Shown: piece by piece, positions 6,045 through 10,451 of the stretch
Position numbering within the stretch: the first letter of the stretch is position 1
Layout: every line of letters begins with the position of its first letter
Assembly: GCA_041742355.1 (NCBI GenBank)
Contig: JBGSIV010000187.1
Span: 1-10,451, forward strand
DNA from: Candidatus Zixiibacteriota bacterium
GTDB taxonomy: Bacteria; Zixibacteria; MSB-5A5; GN15; FEB-12
Direction: 5' to 3'
DNA length: 10,451 nucleotides
The notes under the pieces: model-generated
Databases searched by the model: none
Told to the model about the DNA's origin: nothing
The model's input: the letters and a program-made list of their open reading frames with translations, nothing else
Translations under genes and position numbers: made by a program

Positions 6045-8201
6045 ATGAACCTTGCCGAATTTATCATACGCATTGAGTCGTTCAACGCCAACGTCAACAT
6101 CCCCCTCATCCGCAAGGCGTACGAGTTCTCCGACAAGGCCCACGCCGGCCAGAAACGCTCCTCGGGCGAACCCTACGTTGAACATTGCCTCGAGGTCGCC
6201 TTCATCCTCGCCGAGCAGCACATGGACTCCACAACCATCGCCGCCGGCCTCGTCCACGACGTCGTCGAGGACACCCCCTTCACCATCGACACCGTCCGCG
6301 CCGAATTCGGCGATGAAATCGCCGACCTGGTCGACGGCGTCACGAAGATCGGCCTCGTCGAATTCACCTCCCGCGAGGAACAGCAGGTCGAGTACTTCCG
6401 CAAAATGCTCCTCACCATGGCCAAGGACATCCGGGTCATCCTGATCAAACTCGCCGACCGCCTGCACAACATGCGCACCCTCGAGGCCCTCCCGCCCGAC
6501 AAGCGGCGGCGCATCGCGCAGGAAACCCACGATGTCTACAGCCCGCTCGCCCACCGCTTCGGCATCAACCGCATCAAGCTCGAACTCGATGACCTCGCCC
6601 TCAAATACCTCGACGCCGAAGCCTACTTCGACATCGCCGCCAAACTGGTCGAGAAGAAGGAAGAGCGCGACGCCTACATCGAACAGGTCGTCCGCCCCCT
6701 CAAAGACGAACTCGGCAAAAACAACATCAACGCCACCGTCTACGGCCGCGCCAAACACATCTACTCGATCTACCGCAAAACCCGCGTGCGCAATGTCCCC
6801 CTCGAGGAAATGCACGACCTCTTCGCCATCCGCTGCATCGTCAACACCGAGCGCGAGTGCTACCACACCCTTGGCGTCGTCCACGCCATGTGGAAACCGG
6901 TCTCCGGACGTTTCGACGATTACATCGCCAACCCGAAACCCAACGGCTACCGCTCGCTCCACACTGCCGTCTTCGGCCCCAGCAACCGCATCGTCGAAAT
7001 CCAGATCCGCACCCACCAGATGCATTATGTCGCCGAAAACGGCATCGCCGCCCACTGGCTCTACAAAGAAGGCCGCCAGGAAATGAGCCGCTCCGACCGC
7101 CAAATGGTCTGGCTGCGCGATGTTCTGGAGTGGCAAAAGGACATGACCAACCCCTCCGATTTCCTCGAGTACCTCAAGATCGACCTCTACTCCGAGGACA
7201 TCTTTGTCTTCACCCCGGCCGGCAAACTGATCCACCTGCCCAAGGGCTCGACCCCGCTCGACTTCGCCTTCCAGATCCACTCCGAGGTCGGCATCCACTG
7301 CTCCGGCGCCAAGATCAACACCCGCCTCCAACCCCTGTCCACCGAGCTGCAGACCGGCGACTCCGTCGAGATCATCACCAACCCGAACCGGACCCCGTCG
7401 CACGACTGGCTCAAGCTTGTGCGCACCTCGGCCGCCCGATCCAAAATCCGCCGCTGGCTCAAACAGGCCGGCTTCGAGCAATCCGTCGCCCTCGGCCGCG
7501 AAATCATCGAGCGCAAACTCAAGGAAGACCGGCTGAAAATGCCCGACGAGGAAACGCTCGAGGGTTACGCCCAGCAGCTCGACAAGAAATCAACCGAGGA
7601 GCTCTTTGCCGCCATCGGCAACGGCTCCATGACCCCGCGCAAACTCCTGGCCCTGATCGAACCCGATCATCCGGCGGAAGAGGCCGGTTTCGTCGGCCGT
7701 GTCATCGAAAAGATCCGAGGCACCAAAGGTATCAGGGTCCACGGCCTGGACAACATGATGTTCCGCTTCGCCGGCTGCTGCCAGCCGATCCCCGGCGAGG
7801 ACATCGTCGGCTTCATCACACGGGGGAGAGGCGTCAGCATCCACCGCGCCGACTGCGCGGTCGCAATCAACCTCCAGGAGGCCTCGCCCGAACGCAAGAT
7901 CGATGTCAGCTGGGACACCGCCAAGGGGCAGTCATTCGTCGTGCGTCTGGAAATGGTCGTCGAAGACCGCAAGAACATGCTCCGCGACATCACTCAGGCG
8001 ATCGCCACCGTCGACACCAACGTCCGCGCCGCCGAGATGTACGCCCGCGACACTACCGCCGTCGGCGAGTTCGTCGTCGAGGTCTCGAGCCTCTCGCACC
8101 TGAATCGAATTCTTGATAAGGTCCGTAAGGTCAAAGGCGTGATCAAGGTGGTGCGGGCGAAGGGGAAGGATCATATCGACAATATCGAGAATATAGATTG
8201 A
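6045..8201 (+). CDS. rel: long RelA/SpoT homologue, probably bifunctional (p)ppGpp synthetase/hydrolase, 718 aa
   Basis: ATG 6045. Hydrolase: HAGQKRSSGEPY, intact GLVHDVVEDT, IKLADRLHNMRTL. Synthetase: GRAKHIYSIYRK, DLFAIR, YIANPKPNGYRSLHT, EIQIRT, AAHWLYK. TGS: FVFTPAGK...TPLDFAFQIHSEVG. ZFD/CC: FAGCCQPIPGE...IHRADC. C-terminal ACT/RRM: DRKNMLRDIT. Confidence 0.96.
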   Translation: MNLAEFIIRIESFNANVNIPLIRKAYEFSDKAHAGQKRSSGEPYVEHCLEVAFILAEQHMDSTTIAAGLVHDVVEDTPFTIDTVRAEFGDEIADLVDGVTKIGLVEFTSREEQQVEYFRKMLLTMAKDIRVILIKLADRLHNMRTLEALPPDKRRRIAQETHDVYSPLAHRFGINRIKLELDDLALKYLDAEAYFDIAAKLVEKKEERDAYIEQVVRPLKDELGKNNINATVYGRAKHIYSIYRKTRVRNVPLEEMHDLFAIRCIVNTERECYHTLGVVHAMWKPVSGRFDDYIANPKPNGYRSLHTAVFGPSNRIVEIQIRTHQMHYVAENGIAAHWLYKEGRQEMSRSDRQMVWLRDVLEWQKDMTNPSDFLEYLKIDLYSEDIFVFTPAGKLIHLPKGSTPLDFAFQIHSEVGIHCSGAKINTRLQPLSTELQTGDSVEIITNPNRTPSHDWLKLVRTSAARSKIRRWLKQAGFEQSVALGREIIERKLKEDRLKMPDEETLEGYAQQLDKKSTEELFAAIGNGSMTPRKLLALIEPDHPAEEAGFVGRVIEKIRGTKGIRVHGLDNMMFRFAGCCQPIPGEDIVGFITRGRGVSIHRADCAVAINLQEASPERKIDVSWDTAKGQSFVVRLEMVVEDRKNMLRDITQAIATVDTNVRAAEMYARDTTAVGEFVVEVSSLSHLNRILDKVRKVKGVIKVVRAKGKDHIDNIENID

Positions 8202-8207
8202 ACGAGA

Positions 8208-8237
8208 AGAGGCGCCGGCTGAGTGACCGACGCCTCT
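8208..8237 (-). terminator. stem-loop between convergent rel and peptidase genes, putative (possibly bidirectional) terminator
   Basis: Plus strand AGAGGCGCCGGC-TGAGTG-ACCGACGCCTCT. As minus-strand RNA it forms a 12-bp stem with two G-U pairs and a 6-nt loop, followed by UCUCGUU (a weak U tract). Confidence 0.6.
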
Positions 8238-8271
8238 GATTATAACTTCACACCTTCTCCTGCCTCCCCCC

Positions 8272-9978
8272 CTAAAACACCACTGTCACCTCCACCGGCA
8301 CCTCACCCCGCAACACCCGCACCACGCACGTATCCCCCTTCTTGAAACTCCCCAGCGCCCCCATATAATCGTAAATGTCCCCGATCTCAATCGCTCCCAT
8401 CTTCACCACTATATCTCCGGCCAGAATCCCTGCCTTCTCCGCCGGGCGCTCCGGCACCACATTATCGACCTTGACCCCCTTCACCTCGGCGACGTAGTCC
8501 GGCATTATCCCCAGCGTCACCTTGAACTGCGCCCGCTGCTTCCCCTCGCTCGGGTCCGCCGTCTTCACAAACGCCAGCGCCCCGTTGTACCCGTCAAAAT
8601 GCGTAATCACATCCGCGACCACATCCGCCACCGTCACCAGCCCGGCGTAGTCGATCTTCTCCAGATCATCCTCCGGCTTGTGGTAGTCGTTGTGTGGCCC
8701 GGTGAAGAACATGAGCACCGGAATATTCCGATTGTAGAACGCGGTGTGATCCGAGGGCCCCTGTCCCGCTTTCTTCTGCACGATCTTCACATCATCCCGC
8801 TTCAGGCTGTCGAAATACGCCGTAAACGCCTCGGTCGTTCCCGTCCCGAGCACCGCCAGGCCGCTGTCCTGCTCGGCCAGCCGCCCCACCATGTCCATGT
8901 TGATCATCATGCGAACCTTCGATGAATCCACCGTCATGTTCTTCGCGTAGTGCCCCGACCCCAGGATCCCAAATTCCTCCCCCGAAAACGCCGCAAACAA
9001 GAGCGAGTGCCGAAGCTCGTTCAGCTGTGAGCCGAACTGCCGCGCCAGTTCCAGCAGCACCGATGTTCCCGACCCGTTGTCGTCCGCCCCGTTGTGCACC
9101 AGCTTCTCCGGCCCCACATACCGCGATCCGCTCCCCGGCCCGCCGTACCCGAGATGATCGTAGTGCGCTCCGATAATGATCGTCGAATCAACCTGCCCCG
9201 GTAGATACCCGACCACGTTATGTCCTGTGTCGCGCACCTTCTCCAGTTCCACCACCCCTTCGATCCGCGCAATTTGCGGCTCGGTGAGGGAGACCCCGAT
9301 TTTGGCCAGCGCTTCCCGCCGCAGGAAGACAATCGGAATTTCTTTCGGAGTTATGTGCGTAATCCCCATCTCCGCCAGCGTGTCGTCGTGCCCCTCCGGT
9401 GTGACGAAGAAGATTCCCGCCGCATCATGCTCTATCGCAGCGTTGATCTTGCTCATCAGCGATGCGTACTTGTCGAAATCGATATGCGGATTGACTTCGT
9501 CCCCCGGCGCATACCGCTTGATCACCACCGCTTTCCCCGCGACATTTTTGCCGGCGTAATCGTCGTACTGCCCCTCGCTCGTGTCCACCGTAATCCCGTA
9601 CCCCACCGGCACGATCTCCGCGAAATCAAACGCGGCATTCGCCGACTGCTTCATCGGGACAAACCCGTCATTGAGCTCCAGCGGCGTGCCGTTCACCACC
9701 ACCCGGTTGCTGTCGCCGTACTCGATTGATTTCACAAACTCGAACCCCTGCAGCCAGGATCCGTTGTCCCCCTTCGGCTGTAAACCCGCCCGCTCGAACA
9801 CCCCGATAATATACTGCGCCGCTTTCCACTCGCCCGGCTCGCCCACCCGGCGGCCCTCGAGCGAATCGTGCGCGAGCACCATCTCATGCGCTTTCAGGGA
9901 GTCCATTGTGATCTCATACGGTGCGGCTGTCGACGCCGCAGCGGTCAACGCAAACAGCAGGGGGAGCAGTGCCTTCAT
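8272..9978 (-). CDS. secreted M28-family metallo(amino)peptidase with PA insert and C-terminal PDZ domain, 568 aa
   Basis: Start MKALLPLLFALTAAASTAA (signal-peptide-like) at 9978 with AAGGA upstream. M28 motifs GAHYDHLG, GADDNGSG, FSGEEFGILGS, NMDMVG, SDH, YHKPED; PA-type VGYGI...DDYAGKNVAGKAVV; PDZ TLGIMPD...PAEKAGILAGDIV. Confidence 0.92.
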   Translation of the reverse strand: MKALLPLLFALTAAASTAAPYEITMDSLKAHEMVLAHDSLEGRRVGEPGEWKAAQYIIGVFERAGLQPKGDNGSWLQGFEFVKSIEYGDSNRVVVNGTPLELNDGFVPMKQSANAAFDFAEIVPVGYGITVDTSEGQYDDYAGKNVAGKAVVIKRYAPGDEVNPHIDFDKYASLMSKINAAIEHDAAGIFFVTPEGHDDTLAEMGITHITPKEIPIVFLRREALAKIGVSLTEPQIARIEGVVELEKVRDTGHNVVGYLPGQVDSTIIIGAHYDHLGYGGPGSGSRYVGPEKLVHNGADDNGSGTSVLLELARQFGSQLNELRHSLLFAAFSGEEFGILGSGHYAKNMTVDSSKVRMMINMDMVGRLAEQDSGLAVLGTGTTEAFTAYFDSLKRDDVKIVQKKAGQGPSDHTAFYNRNIPVLMFFTGPHNDYHKPEDDLEKIDYAGLVTVADVVADVITHFDGYNGALAFVKTADPSEGKQRAQFKVTLGIMPDYVAEVKGVKVDNVVPERPAEKAGILAGDIVVKMGAIEIGDIYDYMGALGSFKKGDTCVVRVLRGEVPVEVTVVF

Positions 9979-10090
9979 AACCAATCCTTGTATCTGTCCG
10001 GGTTTCGGATCCCAATCGTTCCAGTTCGTCACACGCCGACCTCGGATCCCGGCCGCGTGTATAAAGTTGACCGACACAATAGCGGACCCC

Positions 10091-10118
10091 AATATACGAA
10101 TTGTCATGCCCCTGTCAC
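10091..10118 (-). promoter_or_regulatory. putative sigma70-type promoter of the peptidase gene
   Basis: Minus strand GTGACA (10118-10113), 16-bp spacer, TATATT (10096-10091), in a relatively AT-rich intergenic stretch. Confidence 0.35.
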
Positions 10119-10149
10119 CGCTTTTGTGGACCGGGGGCGCATATTTCGG

Positions 10150-10177
10150 TTGCCGCGAAGGGATTGTGGATTATATT
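10150..10177 (+). promoter_or_regulatory. putative sigma70-type promoter of the zinc-ribbon gene
   Basis: TTGCCG (10150-10155), 16-bp spacer, TATATT (10172-10177), about 30 bp upstream of ATG 10210. Confidence 0.4.
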
Positions 10178-10209
10178 GCCCGAACAAGGACACAAAGGAT
10201 TAAGAGGTT

Positions 10210-10451
10210 ATGGCAGAGCAGTATTGTACAGCATGTGGTAAGGCACTTCCGGCCGAGGCGAGATTCTGCCTCGCCTGCGGCGCGGCCGTCGCCGGCGCCA
10301 AACAATCCGCCGGGACCGCCCCGAAAAAGGCCGCGAAACCCGTTCGAACCAGCCCCAGAACCCGCGACGTCGTGATTGTCGTCGCCGCCCTCGCCGTCGT
10401 AACGGCTGGCTACTTCATTATGCGCACCCCGGCCGAACCCCCTGCGCCCCC
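10210..10451 (+). CDS. zinc-ribbon domain membrane protein, N-terminal part (truncated by window end)
   Basis: Hand translation: MAEQYCTACGKALPAEARFCLACGAAVAGAKQSAGTAPKKAAKPVRTSPRTRDVVIVVAALAVVTAGYFIMRTPAEPPAP... It has CxxC-x10-CxxC, a basic linker and one hydrophobic helix. Shine-Dalgarno AAGAGG at 10202-10207. No stop within the window. Confidence 0.85.
   Translation, partial: MAEQYCTACGKALPAEARFCLACGAAVAGAKQSAGTAPKKAAKPVRTSPRTRDVVIVVAALAVVTAGYFIMRTPAEPPAP

Noticed and set aside
6003..7481. 492-aa antisense ORF opposite rel (likewise 3094-3915, 4203-4853, 4927-5976)
   Set aside because: Same shadow effect: V/D/E/G-rich mirror translations with no domain signal.
6857..8116. 419-aa alternative-frame ORF inside rel
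   Set aside because: Arg/Pro-rich off-frame translation typical of high-GC coding DNA.
8241..8272. Minus-strand AGGAG followed by GTG-AAG-TTA-TAA mini-ORF, and the C7 run at 8266-8272
   Set aside because: Only three codons and located in a 3' UTR. The homopolymer starts at the stop codon and cannot shift the peptidase frame; both fit the local strand skew.
9581..10375. 264-aa plus-strand ORF spanning the peptidase start and intergenic region
   Set aside because: Antisense to the peptidase, overlaps the zinc-ribbon gene out of frame, and has no motifs.
1..10451. CRISPR array, tRNA/rRNA, IS element, prophage or defence system
   Set aside because: No regularly spaced repeats, cloverleaf-like sequence, transposase/integrase motifs or terminal inverted repeats were seen; nearly all bases are explained by the listed genes.

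Overview
GC-rich bacterial housekeeping/envelope window. The + strand carries a tightly overlapping six-gene operon: MsbA-like lipid ABC exporter (121-2001), GT4 glycosyltransferase (1998-3128), GT9 heptosyltransferase-like (3115-4224), GT2 WaaE/KdtX-like (4224-4988), a second GT9 frameshifted at a (TCGC)3 tract (4990-6037), and a long RelA/SpoT homologue (6045-8201). A stem-loop (8208-8237) separates it from a convergent secreted M28 peptidase with PA and PDZ domains (9978->8272). A divergent zinc-ribbon/transmembrane gene missing from the ORF track starts at 10210 and runs off the end. No mobile elements, CRISPR arrays or RNA genes were seen, and I cannot support a wholly new biological system here. 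The best leads are the 4-bp slippage frameshift in the LPS GT9 directly upstream of rel, the hybrid RFDD synthetase motif in Rel, a 19-bp palindrome abutting the operon's candidate -35 box, and a strong C-over-G strand skew independent of gene direction. All calls come from reading motifs by eye; no searches were run.
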